Shown here: piece by piece, positions 37,871 to 52,104 of the stretch
Numbering within the stretch: the stretch's first letter is position 1
Layout: each line of letters opens with the position of its first letter
NCBI RefSeq assembly: GCF_009914755.1
Contig: NC_060942.1
Length of the DNA: 64,000 nucleotides
Source of the DNA: the human T2T-CHM13v2.0 reference genome, Homo sapiens
Reading direction: 5' to 3' (one strand)
The notes under the pieces: generated by a model
What the model saw: only the letters and a program-made list of their open reading frames with translations
What the model was told of the DNA's origin: nothing
Databases searched by the model: none
Made by a program: the position numbers and the translations under genes

Positions 37871-39899
37871 CATAAAGGTGTAACCTGACAGAGGAGAGAC
37901 GCATGGTAATAAAATAAATAGCTCTTTAATCAGATGTGAATAAGCCGTGACCTTCCTCATGCAGGTTGGCAATTTGATTCTGAAGAGATGAAACGAAGGA
38001 AAAAGGATGTTTAAATACAATAATAAATGCAATCACTTTCAGAAATGTTTAATATTTTTATTAAAGATATTACTGTTTTGAAAATACACACATATTTTTG
38101 TCTCTTACATATGTGAGACTCTTTTACTGATTTACCACTTAATATGTCCTGTGAGGATTCAATTTCCATTCTAAATCAAAGCAGATTAAAAAAAGAAATG
38201 AAAATGAATCAGTCCATCTTATTAGTACATAAGAAGATACATTTTCTGAAACTACTTTTTAGTTTACTCAGAGATGTTTTCTCTGAATGTCTTTTTTTTT
38301 GTTCTCCGAGATAACAAGGCATCTTCACATAATGCCTTAAAATTATATTGATTATTAAGGGAGATAACTTTAGCTTTTTTTTCTTGTTAAGATTGTGGGA
38401 AATGATTTGCAAGTAATATGTTAGCTACCGTAAGTGGGCTCGATGGGAACAGATGACAAAATGGCAGGTATAGCAATAAGGCATGGGAAGACTTCTTATA
38501 CAGAGTGTTAAACAAAAAGCTTTGAAAACACCTCTGCAGGAGAAACATACCCTAAGTGAAAAAGGTCTACTAATTATAAAAAAGACTTGAGTTATTTTTC
38601 ATCCTTATCCACCTTAAAAGAGCCCTCAACATATTTCTTTAAGCCTAAGTGAATATTACATCATTTACAGAGCATTATTTACTCAATACATTCTTTTTCA
38701 AATGTATATGGTTTATCCACTTATTTATTTATTAATGTATAAACTTTTACTTATAAACTTCTACTTGGCTGATCTTATGTGCTGGAAACTGTGCTAGTTG
38801 CTTGAGAGATAAAACATCACTAAGACACAACGATGGTCCTGTTGGGTTTCACAAATTGTGGGCAGCAAATTAATCTGTTATCTACAAAGAAATCAATTCA
38901 TCAATGGCATTACTCTCTGAGCTAGTCTTTTAATGAAACTTCCACTGAGCATTTGAAAATTTTAGCCATTGGCAAGAACTGCAGGTCAGAGAAAAGGGTG
39001 TTAAATTCTGCATAAATAATACGGCTAGGTTAAGTAAAATGCAGAAACTTCTATTCTTTAAAAGCAAAAGAACAATCAGGCTGATGAATCAGAGTGAAAC
39101 ACTGCCACTCTCTAAAAGCTCAATTTTTATGACTTGCAGCCATTTAACCAACGGACAATGCTATCAAGACTTTTCCAAACCCAGTAGCTGTTTTCTGATC
39201 ACTATGTCTATGCCAAAGGTTAATTCCTCCCTACTCACTTTTCCTGAGTACACAAGGTGAACTGCCTAGGCAGTGGGACCTACAAGTCCAAGGTCAATAG
39301 GAGATAAAAACAAACAAACCAACAAAGTAGATGATAGGTGACTCAAGTGAAGGTTTAAAAAAAAAAAAAAGATAACCAGCTTTCACTGAAATTAACATAA
39401 GCTCCTCGGCTAACCAGGAAGACAAAATATTGTAAAAGGCACCATAAAAACTCTACCTAATAAAACAAAATCACTAGATTTAAAAAATTCTAGAAAAAAA
39501 AAGGAGAAATAAATTTGCCAGTGACTCTAAAGCAGTGCCAAGAGGAAACTGAAGCTCATTTAGGAGAATAGTCTGAGAGCAGGAGCAGGTACCAGTCAAG
39601 GCTCTGAGACTAAAACAGGTCTCAGGCCAAGGGCACTGAGTAGGAGGGGGGGCGGTGATGGGGGCCAGTGGAGGAAACATGGTGGGCTTTATAGTATTGC
39701 ATTTAGTCAATTTTCCTCGGTGCCCTTACAGTACTTTAAACATACTGCTATTACCTTCATCCGTTAGACCATGTATTCTTTAATGAATTTCATTCCTGTG
39801 TAACAGAGAGTAGTATAGCCCCTGGCATAGCCTCTTTGCATTTCCTATATATATTTTTGGAGAAAGAAGAGAAAAAAATGGCAAATACATCTAAAAGTA

Positions 39900-40320
39900 A
39901 GATTGACAGTAGACTATTTTGAGTGTCCTTTTGGTGTCCTTTCTGTTGTGAGTGATAGAAATGGAACACAAGCTAGATTAAGCAAAAATGGAATTTATCG
40001 GATCATAAAACTACAAAGTCTAAAGCAGGCACTGGCTTCTATACATAAAGATCCAGGCACTCAGCTGCTGACCTCAAGGCATTCTCTTTCTCCAGTGCCT
40101 TGATTCTGCTTGTCACTGGTTAGCTTTACTCTGCAACCAGTTCCAAGCATGTGGCAAGTTGTCCACATATTAATTCCAGAAAATGCCTTTAATAGCCTCA
40201 ACCTGGGCCTCATCCACAACTCTGTCTGAGGATTACAGGAGGGTACAGGGACTGAAAACTTCAGCCCATGGGGCAGGAGTGGCCCATTTCCTCAAGGAAA
40301 AGATATCCCCCATAGCACTC
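39900..40320 (-). mobile_element. MLT1 (K/L-like) LTR fragment
   Basis: tctgttgtgagtgatagaaatggaacacaagctagattaagcaaaaatggaatttat. Confidence 0.5.
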
Positions 40321-40687
40321 AATCAATAGTTCTTAAATAAATGAATGAATGAGTCAACCAATCAATAAAATAATTTCTACAATACTGGAAGTTTTCCAAA
40401 GCAATCAAATTTCTGTACTACCTCCCTCTTAACACTTTGTGTGTTTTCATTAAAACACGCTTAACAACTAGAAAGTAAGATGTTCTGGGCAGGAATAAAA
40501 ATATTGGGAGGAGTGCCTACTGCAGGTGGGTGTGAAGACATTAACAGTGAGGTAGTAAAACTGGAGATTCTGATGTTGCATGTCTTTTTTTTTTTCTGCT
40601 CCAGAGAACCCAGAAGCAGAGGGAGGAAAAGACATGATCTGGCTGTGAACCCACCTACAAAAAGATCATTAAACCTTGTATCCCCAC

Positions 40688-40983
40688 TGCCTGTAATCCC
40701 AGCACTTTAGGAGGCCAAGGCAGGTGGATCATGAGGTCAGGGGTTCGAGACCAGCCTGACCAACATGGTGAAACCCAGTCTCTACTAAAAATACAAAAAT
40801 TAGCTGGGCGTGGTGGTGGGTGCCTGTAATCCCATACTCAGGAGGCTGAGGCAGGAGAATTGCTTGAATCCCGGAGGCGGAGGTTGCAGTGAGCCGAGAT
40901 CAAACCACTGCACTCCAGCCTGGGCAACAGAGTGAGACTCTGTCTCAAAAAAAAAAAAAAAAAAAGAAAAGAAAAAAAGAAAA
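40688..40983 (+). mobile_element. AluS (Sg-like), 5' end missing
   Basis: tgcctgtaatcccagcac...ggatcatgaggtcag...polyA tail. Confidence 0.9.
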
Positions 40984-41298
40984 GGGAGAAATGATCCCTA
41001 GGAATGGATGGAATGGACACAGATTAATTTTTAAAAAGTAATACCAAACTAATAATATTTATTTTTCATTAAGTTTACTAAACTAATAGAGCAAAGGATG
41101 GCCACAGACACTGGTTATCTTGATTTAAGCAAGGCATCTGATAAAGGTGATCTGACATCTCATGACATTCTTGAGGACAAGGTAAAGTGACATGAAGATA
41201 GGTTAATTCACAGAAGCTAAGATAACTGTGCAACAAAACTGATTCTAAAGCACAGAATGTATCAGAGTATCCTCAGTAACATTTTCAAGCCATCATCA

Positions 41299-41667
<369 letters not shown>

Positions 41668-41823
41668 TCATAAATAAAACTGGGTTGGGCTGCTCATACA
41701 ATGAAGGACCAAGCAGCTTTCAACATGATCTGAAGAGGTAGAAGCACTAAGCCAAACTAGCAAACTCTAGTTAAGCAGACGTAGAGGTAAAGTTCTATGT
41801 CCAAGTTTAAGAATGTATAGATA

Positions 41824-42192
<369 letters not shown>

Positions 42193-42852
42193 TTAGAAAA
42201 ATGAATTAGGAAGCCATAGTGGGCATCTGCCATTTTTGAAAGTTCAAAATAATCACTCTCTACATTTTGATATTTTCTTGTATCATATATCTTGCCATCC
42301 CCAAGACTACATTTCCTACCTTCCCCTGTCACTAACATCAGACATGGATATATTCTATCCATGGGATGCATCCTCATGAGACAGGTTAGAAATTGAACTG
42401 CCCAAGGGGAAGCATTGATTTGGGGGAGTGGATGAGGAGGCCACATTGTCTGGACTCAGTGGCTGCCAGAATAGCCCTGAGCCATGGTTCTGGGAGTTAT
42501 TACAGGTGGTTTAATGCAGATCCTGTCCTTTCAGAGTAGCCAAAGATTCTGAGAGCTATCTAATATCTCAACACGCAAAGAAACAAGTAAGCAAATATAA
42601 TTTCCTCACTTAAATGGAATTCTATTGTCTTCGTTTAAGAACAATTATAACACAGGCCTTGGGTGTTTATCAACAAAATTTAAAAAAATCATACATCTGC
42701 GAGGCTTACAGGATGGCCCTACAAACAAAATGCAGTAATGTACGTGAAACAGCTTGAAAAAGTACCAAAGAATGACATATATGTAAGTATAGTATATTTT
42801 CTACTGCTACAAACGGCAAGTCTTAAATCATAGGACCATTGCAAAGAGACAA

Positions 42853-44591
42853 ATTCTGAATAAACCTTCCAAGTGATACGGGCTGGCCAGTCTTGGGACA
42901 GGAAGCCTAATAAAGGAGTGAGCTTCTCATCAGTGAAGATATTCAAGCATGCAGATGATAGGTAACAAAGATACAGTAAATGGAATTTCTATTTTTAAAA
43001 GATACTCGAACTAGAAGCTCCTAAATTCTCCTTATAATTCTAATATTTCCTGATTTTCTTTTGCCTATTTATTTTATATAAAGAGATTTTCTGGTCTGGT
43101 TTTATGGCTTATTTTCTGTGTATATTATATTTATTTAACATATGCTATGATAAAACTACTTTGTCTCCCTATAAACTATACAAATACATGGAGTTCTTAA
43201 ATTTATATGTATATGAAATATGTTAATATATCAAAATATGTGTGTGATGTTAGCTTAGAAAATATAAATTAGCATAATTACATTAATTATGGATGTATAA
43301 AAATGCATATGGTATATTGCATGCATTTGCAAAATAATTTGTCACGATATTATTTTGTGCACATTTGTTCTTTTCAACTTTTATGAAGAAGGAAATATAA
43401 AGTTCTTATCTATATTTCAGTTTTAAGTATATACTTATTATCTCGGGTAAATTTTGTATGCAGATGTTTCTGAGGGGCTGAGTTTACAAACCCGATTCCC
43501 AAACATTACAAGAGAAAAGCACACATATGGAAAAGCATAGTGAAATGTGTCCTCTCCATATTCTGCTTGAAGGGTGCTTTATGTATTCTTCTACTATCAA
43601 GTAATTGTGCATTCAGTTGCCATTCTACACGGTTGAGTTAGGAACTGTTCAATGGCAGGGCTTTTTAAAACAACAGCCTCATTGAGATACAATTTATATA
43701 CCATATGATTCACCCACTTAAAGTGTATAATTTAACGGGTTTTTTAGTTGTGCAATCATCACTACAATAATCATGGCATCTAATTTTGAATCACTACAAT
43801 CTAATTTTGAATATTTCATCACCCCTAAAATAAACTCCCTACTATTTGCACTCTTTCATTCTCCCACCACCTCTTCTCCTCAACCCTAGACAACCACTAA
43901 TTTACTTTCTGTCTTTATAGATTTTCCCATTCTGGATATTTAATATGAATGGTATTATGTAACATGTGTGTAATATGTGGCCTTTTGTGACTGGCTTCTT
44001 TCACTCAGCATATTTTCAGGATTCATCCATGTTGTAGCATGTATCAGTACTTCATTCCTTTTTATTGCGAAATATTATTCCACTGTAGGGATTTGTTATA
44101 TTTTGTTTATTTATCAGTTGATGGACATTTGAGTTGTTTCTATTTTTTAGGTATTATGACAAATGCTGTGAGAAATATTCACCATATTCTCATCAACACT
44201 TACTATGATACATTTTTTCTAGCCATCCTAGTGTGGTGTGAAGTGGTATCTCATTCTGGTTTTGATTTACATTTCCCTGATGACTAACGATGTTGAGTAT
44301 CTTTTAATGTGCTTTTTGGCCATTCATATAATTTTTTTTTTTTTTTAGAAATGTTGATTCTGAATAAAATTTCCAAATGATGCAGGCTGGCCAGTGTTGA
44401 GACAGGCAGCCCAATAAAGGAGTGAGCTTCTTATCAGTGAAGATATTCAAGCATATGGATAATAGGTAATAAAGATATGATAATGCAATTTCAATTTTTA
44501 AAAGAGATTTGGACTAGAGGCTCCTAAATTCTCCTTGTAATTCTAATATTTCCTGATTTTCCTTTGCCTGTTTTATATAAAGAGATTTTCT
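42853..44591 (+). repeat. ~240-bp dispersed direct duplication (42853-43092 and 44357-44591)
   Basis: Both copies run attctgaataaa...ggagtgagcttc...gaagatattcaagcat...ataaagagattttct; roughly 85% identical by manual alignment. Confidence 0.95.
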
Positions 44592-45150
44592 AACCATCCT
44601 AGACACTTGCTCATATTTAAATTGGACTACTTGTGTTTTATATTACTGTGGTTGTAAGAGTTCTTTACACACTGTAGATACAAGTCTTTATCACGTATTA
44701 TTTGCAAATATTTTATCTCATTCTGTGAAAATGCCTTTTTGCTTTCTTGATGGTGTCCTTTGCAGTACAAAAGTTTTAAATTTTGATGAAACCCAATTCA
44801 TTTATTTTTTTTCATATTTACTGGTGCTCTTGGTGTCATATCTAAGAAATCATTGCCTAATCCAAGGTCATAAAGAGTTATGCCTGCTTTTTCCTAAGAA
44901 TTCTACATGGTTTTAGCTCTTACATTTAGGTCTTTGATCTCTTTTGAATTAATTTTTGTCTATGGTATAAAATAGGGATCCAATTTAGTTTTAGGTATAT
45001 GTGGATATCCAGTTGTTCCAGCATAATTTGTTGAAGAAGCCTTTTTTTATTGAATTGTCTTGGCACTCTTGTCAAAATTTAATTGATCATATATGTGAGA
45101 CCTAATTTTTGGACTCTGAATCCTATTCCATTGATCTATACATCTATCTC
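43665..45150 (-). mobile_element. L1MB 3' fragment hosting the duplicated insert
   Basis: cagcctcattgagatacaatttatataccatatgattcacccacttaaagtg is an antisense L1MB 3' end; ORF2 remnants to ~45150. Confidence 0.85.
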
Positions 45151-45273
45151 TACTTATTTTTGTAAATTCTAACACTAGCACTGTGCATGACCCCTACAGA
45201 GTGCAATATATATATCGCCAATGAGTGGCAATCAACCAGAGGACTGCCTTGCCTTTCTTTCTTACTGTCTTAA

Positions 45274-45603
<330 letters not shown>

Positions 45604-46029
45604 CTATGGTGGCTCTCAATAGATTTGTAGCAGTCAATTAGAAAGAAGCATCCTAGCCCTTTAATTCTGACATGTAGTTAATAGAGCAAGTGTCAAAGCT
45701 ATGGCATAAAGGGTCTGACTCAAGGTCAGATTTTTAAAAATTTCTCAGTCTTTTTGTACCTGTTTTTCTGTTATATAACTATTCCTTGCCTGTAACACTC
45801 TTCTATGTTCTTGTCAACTCCATTCTTGTACATAGATGATAAAGTTAAATTTACAAGAATTGCAACTCTGATTTAGTTTTTGAAAATAAAATGTCCATTT
45901 TGACATTTTAGTTTATATATTTTTGTCACATAAGTCCAAAAACTAGTAAAGCCAAATGACAGCGCTAGGAATCCACTTAGACAATATATTATCCATATGT
46001 ATTATGTACCATATATTGTGTTATTTCTT

Positions 46030-46220
46030 ATATATGTGATTTCACTTACCTTTATCCCAGCAATGGAGGTAGGTGCCATTATAATATTTATTCTAAGAAG
46101 ACAAAGTCAGAGTGCAGATAGGTTGAATAATTTAACCAAAGCCACAGAGCTAAAGAGTTTTGGAGCCAGCATTTAAATGCAGATATGATCAATTCCAGAA
46201 CCCATAGCTTCAACAAATAA
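46030..46220 (-). mobile_element. MIR
   Basis: gaggtaggtgccattataatattt...gagtgcagataggttgaataatttaaccaaagccacagagc. Confidence 0.65.
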
Positions 46221-46589
46221 CTGCAAAAGGGATCATCATTGTAACATCTTCATTTTAAAAATGAAGAAAATAAGATCTAATGATATTTATTAATTACGCC
46301 AAATTATGCAGAGCCACAAAACCCAGTTGTTCAGGTTGTGCATTGCATAAATCTAAGAGTATTAGTTACATAATACCGCTAGACCTGAAAGTGTTCAATC
46401 CATTTCCTTCGTGATAGTCTGAACATATTTGCAGATTTCTACTACGTGCTCCTCAAAGCTCAACAGATTTGCTCTTGTGACCAGATTCCAATTTTTTATC
46501 AACTACTCTTCATTTCTAATAAAGTTAGATATTTATCACAGCCTGCATTATGTCCTGAGATCTGTGATATATTAGTTGATTAAATTTTT

Positions 46590-47110
46590 TTTTTCATATG
46601 GTAAAGCCCAACCTTTGTGATTTCCAGTTCTACAAATTGTAACAAATGCATGGAGTCACATATCTACCACCAGTATCATATAGAACACTTCCATGCAGTG
46701 TCACCAACAGTCCTGATTTGCCTGGAGGAAAGAAGGATAACTGGGACTCAGGACATTCAGTTTTATAGTTGGGAGTCTTGGAAAACTAGGATGCATAATT
46801 GGTTGCCCTACTTCTGGCATCCTACAATTCCCTCTCTATAGCCCTCTGCAGTCAACCCCTTCCCCAAGCCTCAACTCCTGGTAACCACCCATCTGTTTTC
46901 CATTCTTATAGTTTTGCTTTTTCCAGAATATCATTTAAGTTGAATCATATAATATGTGGCCTTTTACATCTGGCTCTATTACCTAGTTCTTTGATGGATT
47001 TAAGATAAGTCATTTATTTTCAGTTTGTCCAGATTTTGTTGTTGTTGTTGTAGAGGTAGGAGTGCTGCTTTTTCCAGCTTTCTCTGTTTCTGAGCTGAAA
47101 TCACTCATTC
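46590..47110 (-). mobile_element. L1M 3' fragment with a MER81-like hAT element at ~46696-46810
   Basis: L1 3' UTR motifs (accacccatctgttttccattc); insert bounded by cagtgtcaccaac and ttggttgcccta TIR-like ends. Confidence 0.6.
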
Positions 47111-48109
47111 ACTTTTTGAATGAAGGAAAAAATACCTTGAATAACATAATAATCAAATAGTGGCCCAAGTTTATGAATTGCTTACATATTATAAGCAAAA
47201 TGAAATGTGTAACAGTTAAAGAGTTTTTTTCCAATGATGGTGCCAGAGAAGGAGTAGGCCAAGACAAAGAGATAAAGATGTTCAAAATCGCAGAGTACAA
47301 AATGCAGGTCTAAGTACTACTTAGACTGTAAGAAGATAACGGTCCCTTTATGACCATCTGAGGAAAAAAATATAGCTTTAAGCAGTTCTCTGCTAGCTGT
47401 TACTGTACACTGGTATCACCAATTAAAGACCAATGTCTCATGGAAAACAGCGATTGGTATCATAATTCTCTTTACACAGTGCTCTAAGGGATAAACTGTT
47501 GGCAATTGTTGTTTCCTAATGGACTCATCTTCTAACAGCAATAATAAAATTATTACTCAGCAACCTTGTAAATGATTACAAATTACAGCAATAAGCAAAA
47601 GGTATTCAATCTCACAATTGCACAGTTAAGGCATTTCAACATTAACCAAAGAAATCAGTAATGAACAAATGAGGCACTTCTTCACACAAAGAGCATATAG
47701 TATTCTCTATCTGTCCCCACTTTGCATTTTTGATAGCCTAAAAGTAAATTATTTTCTCTCCAAATCATTGCCACTTACTACATAGTACATTTCTTTATTC
47801 TCATGTTTAAGCCTCCTTTATTGAACACAAGAGTAATAATTTTATGTCAATATTTAAGGAGACAACTTTTACTCTGGGTTATGATGAGAAAGGGATGTGG
47901 CAAATATTGTGTAATGTAGGCTTTCAAACAATTCTCAGAAATCAAAGCCGGGAAAAAAAAAGAGTCACTTTAGCAACAACTTCAGAAACACACCAAACCC
48001 TAAGATCATGCTGGTGAAAGGAAGGCAGGACTATTATTCTCCTCACTCTTAGATAATTTAATGTCTAAGATATGAATAAGAGAGGAAAATAAAATCAGAA
48101 GGCAACATG

Positions 48110-48135
48110 CACACACACACACACACACCCACACA
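48110..48135. repeat. (CA)n microsatellite
   Basis: cacacacacacacacacacccacaca. Confidence 0.9.
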
Positions 48136-48532
48136 TAACTGGATTGGCCAAATCTGGATATACTGTGGAAACCGTGCTTAGGAATAAGACAGAAAATCAG
48201 TTGCCAGAATCAGCACAAAATCAGAACCAAACTCACTTGTCTTGAAGCCAGTTCCAAAGAGTTTGGCCATATATCCTGAAACCCTTTCTAACATAAGAAT
48301 TTCAAAGTTAAGGCTGAAGTTTTGGGTAGAATGGCTTTATATATTAAAAAGTAAAGGTTGCAGAAGTTGCTAACAGGCAAAATCTGAAAAAGCCACGAAA
48401 AAACACAAATATACCTAACAAATATACATGTCATGCCTTCTCAACCCACCCTTAGAAATCAATTGCACAAAGGCCATACACACTCACATAATTGTAATAG
48501 GTCAATTGTTCTTGAGGAGTTGAAGGTCACAT

Positions 48533-49075
48533 GGTGAGGCAGAGGATACCAGCTACCTACTTTCACATCCATTTTCTCTTTGATTCTTGGTAACATGATC
48601 CCACATTTTAGCTAAGTATACTGCTTTCTGCAAGGAGAGACTACATTCCTTACCCTACCTTACAGCTTTTTGTGGCTCTGTGACCAAATTCTGGCCGAAA
48701 AAGTGTAAGCAAAACTGGGAATTCCAGCAAGGTCTTTAAAGGGGAGAGAAAAATCTTTTCCCCCTTTTGCCCTTTTTGCTGCTTAGAGAACAGAAATGGA
48801 GGATGGAGTTCTAGAAGTTACCACAAATGATTGGTTAACCCTGGTGTGGGAAGGGATCTGCCCAAGAAAGCGGGGCAGAAAGGAACAGGAACAATAGGAC
48901 CTTCAATCAGTTATGAAATTGAGACACAGAAAAGCCACCACACAAGTCCTGGATAGGCTACCTCCAGTCTGCTCTTATGTGAAAGAGAAATAAGCTTCTG
49001 TGTTCTAAAAACAATGTTATATTGTTGTTGTTATTGTTCTTGTTGTATAAAGCCAAACTTAATTCTAACAAATAT
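48533..49075 (+). mobile_element. MLT1 (J-like) LTR
   Basis: gactacattccttaccctaccttacagct...gaaataagcttctgtgttc...aagccaaacttaattctaac. Confidence 0.6.
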
Positions 49076-49117
49076 CCTGTAATTGTTTTAGACTATGATA
49101 TGTTATAAAATTTGATC

Positions 49118-49144
49118 TGTGTGTGTGTGTGTGTGTGTGTGTGT
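49118..49144. repeat. (TG)n microsatellite
   Basis: About 13 TG units. Confidence 0.95.
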
Positions 49145-49231
49145 TAGAAAGATATCTAGAGTCTATGCATTTTCACAGGCACAAATCACATTTTACAACT
49201 TACTATGTTATATCTATGAATTCACATAGCC

Positions 49232-49644
49232 CTGTGATGGTCAGTTCTATGTATCAGCTTGGTGAGGCAATAATCACCAGTTATTCAACGAAACACTAAT
49301 GTTGGTATTGCTGTGAGGTGTTTTGAAGATGTAACTGGTCTGTAATCCATTGACTTTAATAAGGAAGCTATCCTAGATAATCCTAGACCATATGGGTGAT
49401 CTGATTCAGTCCTTGAAAGTCCTGAAAAGCAGACTTGGGCTCCTGTGGTGGAGGAGAAACTCCACCGGGGGCAGAAGTGTCAGCTCCTGCCGGAGAGGAT
49501 CAGCTTGCCCTTCCTCATGCCTGCCCCACGTATTTGCATCTTGCCTAGCCAGTCCCCAAATCACAGGAGCCAAGTCCTTGCAATAAATTTCTTAGCATAC
49601 ATCTCTTACTGGTTCTATTTATCTGTTTCAACTTTGACTGGTAC
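49232..49644 (+). mobile_element. MLT2 (D/E-like) ERVL solo LTR
   Basis: tgtgatggtcagttctatgtatcagcttgg...caataaatttc...actggttctatt...tgactggtaca (TG...CA ends). Confidence 0.75.
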
Positions 49645-50399
49645 AGTCACAGAATCAAAAAGAATAAAAAATACAGCAAAAGAACAATTGAAACAATAAA
49701 GAAAGTGAGTTCTATAAAGAAGGTTAGCTACAATTTTTCCTTTCACTATCACATTTAAATTTCAATTAGGGAAATATTGTTTCTCAGTTTCTTCTTCCTC
49801 ATGTAGGCCTTGGAAAATCTGCCATCTGCAAAGAAGTTACTGGATGCTTTTTGTTTCTCCAGGCACTCTCTTGGATGATTTAATCCTATGACATTTCGCT
49901 GAATTAATTGTATCCACAGTTTCTTATTAAGACCACAGCCAACATAAAAATTCAATTTTGACCTAGGGAGAATTTGTGATAGACTAGACAACTGTTTTAA
50001 TTTGATTCTGCTACTCCATGAGTTTGATCCAGCTTTCTTTTTCTCTCTTAAGATAGAGCCTGTAAGCAAATGGTTTCTAACATCCACGATCGGCCCTTGG
50101 ATTGATAACTTTTGTTGCTTTATGACACCTTTCCTGGAATAATGTTAGGGTCTCTGTTTATGTTCTTTATTCTAATAGATAAGAGAACAGGATGTGGATT
50201 TTGAGCTTAGACTATTTAGAGTCTGCATTTTTTGTGTACACTAATTTCTGTTGATCAGCTGCTGGCAATCACAGGTCACACTTCTCTGCTGGAGCCTGGA
50301 TCATTGTGGTGTTTTTAAGTGGTTTGAGGAAAGTAGGTAATCAATGTCAAGATAATTTAACACTGGGATGAGGACATTTCCCTTGATCTCATCTTCCTA

Positions 50400-50620
50400 A
50401 AGCGTGTTTTTGGAATATACATCAATGGAAACATTAGTTTGTTTCATATGAAATAAACATTTCATAGTCAAGTAACTTTGGGAGATGGTGGGCTACACAA
50501 ACTGAAAAGATGTCTTTACTGCAGGATTTCTCAAAGTCTTTGACATATTAATGAACACCATGAATTACCCAGGAGATAAGTCAGCATATAGCTTTTCCCG
50601 TTCTACAGAGCCCAGTTTTG
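50400..50620. mobile_element. hAT-Charlie MER-like fragment
   Basis: tctttactgcaggatttctcaaagtctttgacatattaatg resembles recalled MER112/113-type sequence. Confidence 0.4.
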
Positions 50621-52047
50621 AGCTACGCGCTCCAAACCATCTATTTAACAGACTATCACTAAGTGGAATAATCTTTCTAAGAGCTCCCACTAATATCTAA
50701 TAATGGAACAATGGAGCTCTTCATAGAGTTATTTAAGTAACACAACATAAAATACTGTATGTTCCTTTACCTAGCATTGGTTGAGTGCTGTGTATACTTT
50801 AAAAAGCAACACTGAAGATTCCTGAACCATTTTAGATATTTGATGACTTTTGCCACATCTACAAAATGAACTTGAGGTTTAAGAGGTTTTGTAATGTCTT
50901 CTTTATAGTTTCACTCCGCTTCCAAACTCCACTGAATGCTTTTATTTCAGTGCTCTGCAACACCCACTATATGTAGGACCCATCATGATCTGATCTTTCA
51001 CTAACTTCCTTTTTGCACAGAGCATTCATGAAATCTTGCAGATGGGCAGAAATCTCATAGGTTTTAAAATAAATGGTTCTGCTAGTACAGTCTGTGCGAG
51101 GTTAAAATTCATGCAAAAACTTTGTTTCTGATTTTTAAAATTTGATGTTTTTTCATGGCCGCTAAGAAAGTTGGAATTTTCATCAGGAATGAGAAGGGTA
51201 TTATTGCCCATAGATTGGATATAGTCTTAGCTCATCTACGTAGAATAATGATAAACTGCCATAGACGCCATGACTTAAACCATTTGTATATCTAGTACAT
51301 ATTACATTTCTTTTTTGTGTTTCATTTTGCTTTCTTGGGCAGCATCTCTAGCATACCCCCTATATGCTGTGAAGACTGACTGAGTTAAAGATATATGTGT
51401 TGAAAAGTATTGGTGCATGGACATTTAGTGCAGGAGGACTAGGAAAAGCATTGCTGAGGCACATGTGTGCTACTTGTTTTTATTGTTGGAGTCTAACACA
51501 ATTCTGTAAAGAAGGTGAAAAGTATCTAATTGTAGCGAAAAGTTTTTTGGACTGATTCGGAAAAGAATTAAGGTGGAAGTCAATAATATATTTTGAAACT
51601 TTCCAATAGAAAAAGTCCTTTCTTCCCTGCATTTATTCCAAAGATTTTAATAATATTTACCCTTTCTTTTTTAAAAAAACGCAAACTGTAATTCCCCTTT
51701 TCAGTATTCTAAAGCTAAAATAAATGGCATATGAATCAGATGGATTAAGATATTACTTCTATAAAAATACTACACTTTTTTTAAAAACCTATGTTTCCTC
51801 TCTTTTATTCAGACAACTTTTCTGATGTTCTAAGAAAAACAGCTTTTAAAAAATATATTGAGTCACAATATCCCTTTTAAAAATAGTATAACCAAACTTG
51901 TCAAATGTCTATTTTCCCCTTACTTTTCTGTATTTTCAGAAGAGGGAATAAAAAACACTTATGTGTGACTTATATAATACAGAAGAGAAAATTTTCAAAA
52001 GTCATTGGATATCCTAATCTACCCAAAATATCATAAAGAATTTTGAC

Positions 52048-52104
52048 CTTCCCTCCCTCCCTCACTCCCTCCCTCCCTTCCTTTCTTTCTTCCTTCCTTC
52101 CTTC
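52048..52104. repeat. Polypyrimidine microsatellite (CCCT/CTTT/CCTT)
   Basis: ccttccctccctccctcactccctccctcccttcctttctttcttccttccttccttc. Confidence 0.9.

Noticed and set aside
49755-50087. 110-aa minus-strand ORF and a + strand acceptor-like site near 49806
   Set aside because: No homology recognised; the + frame stops quickly
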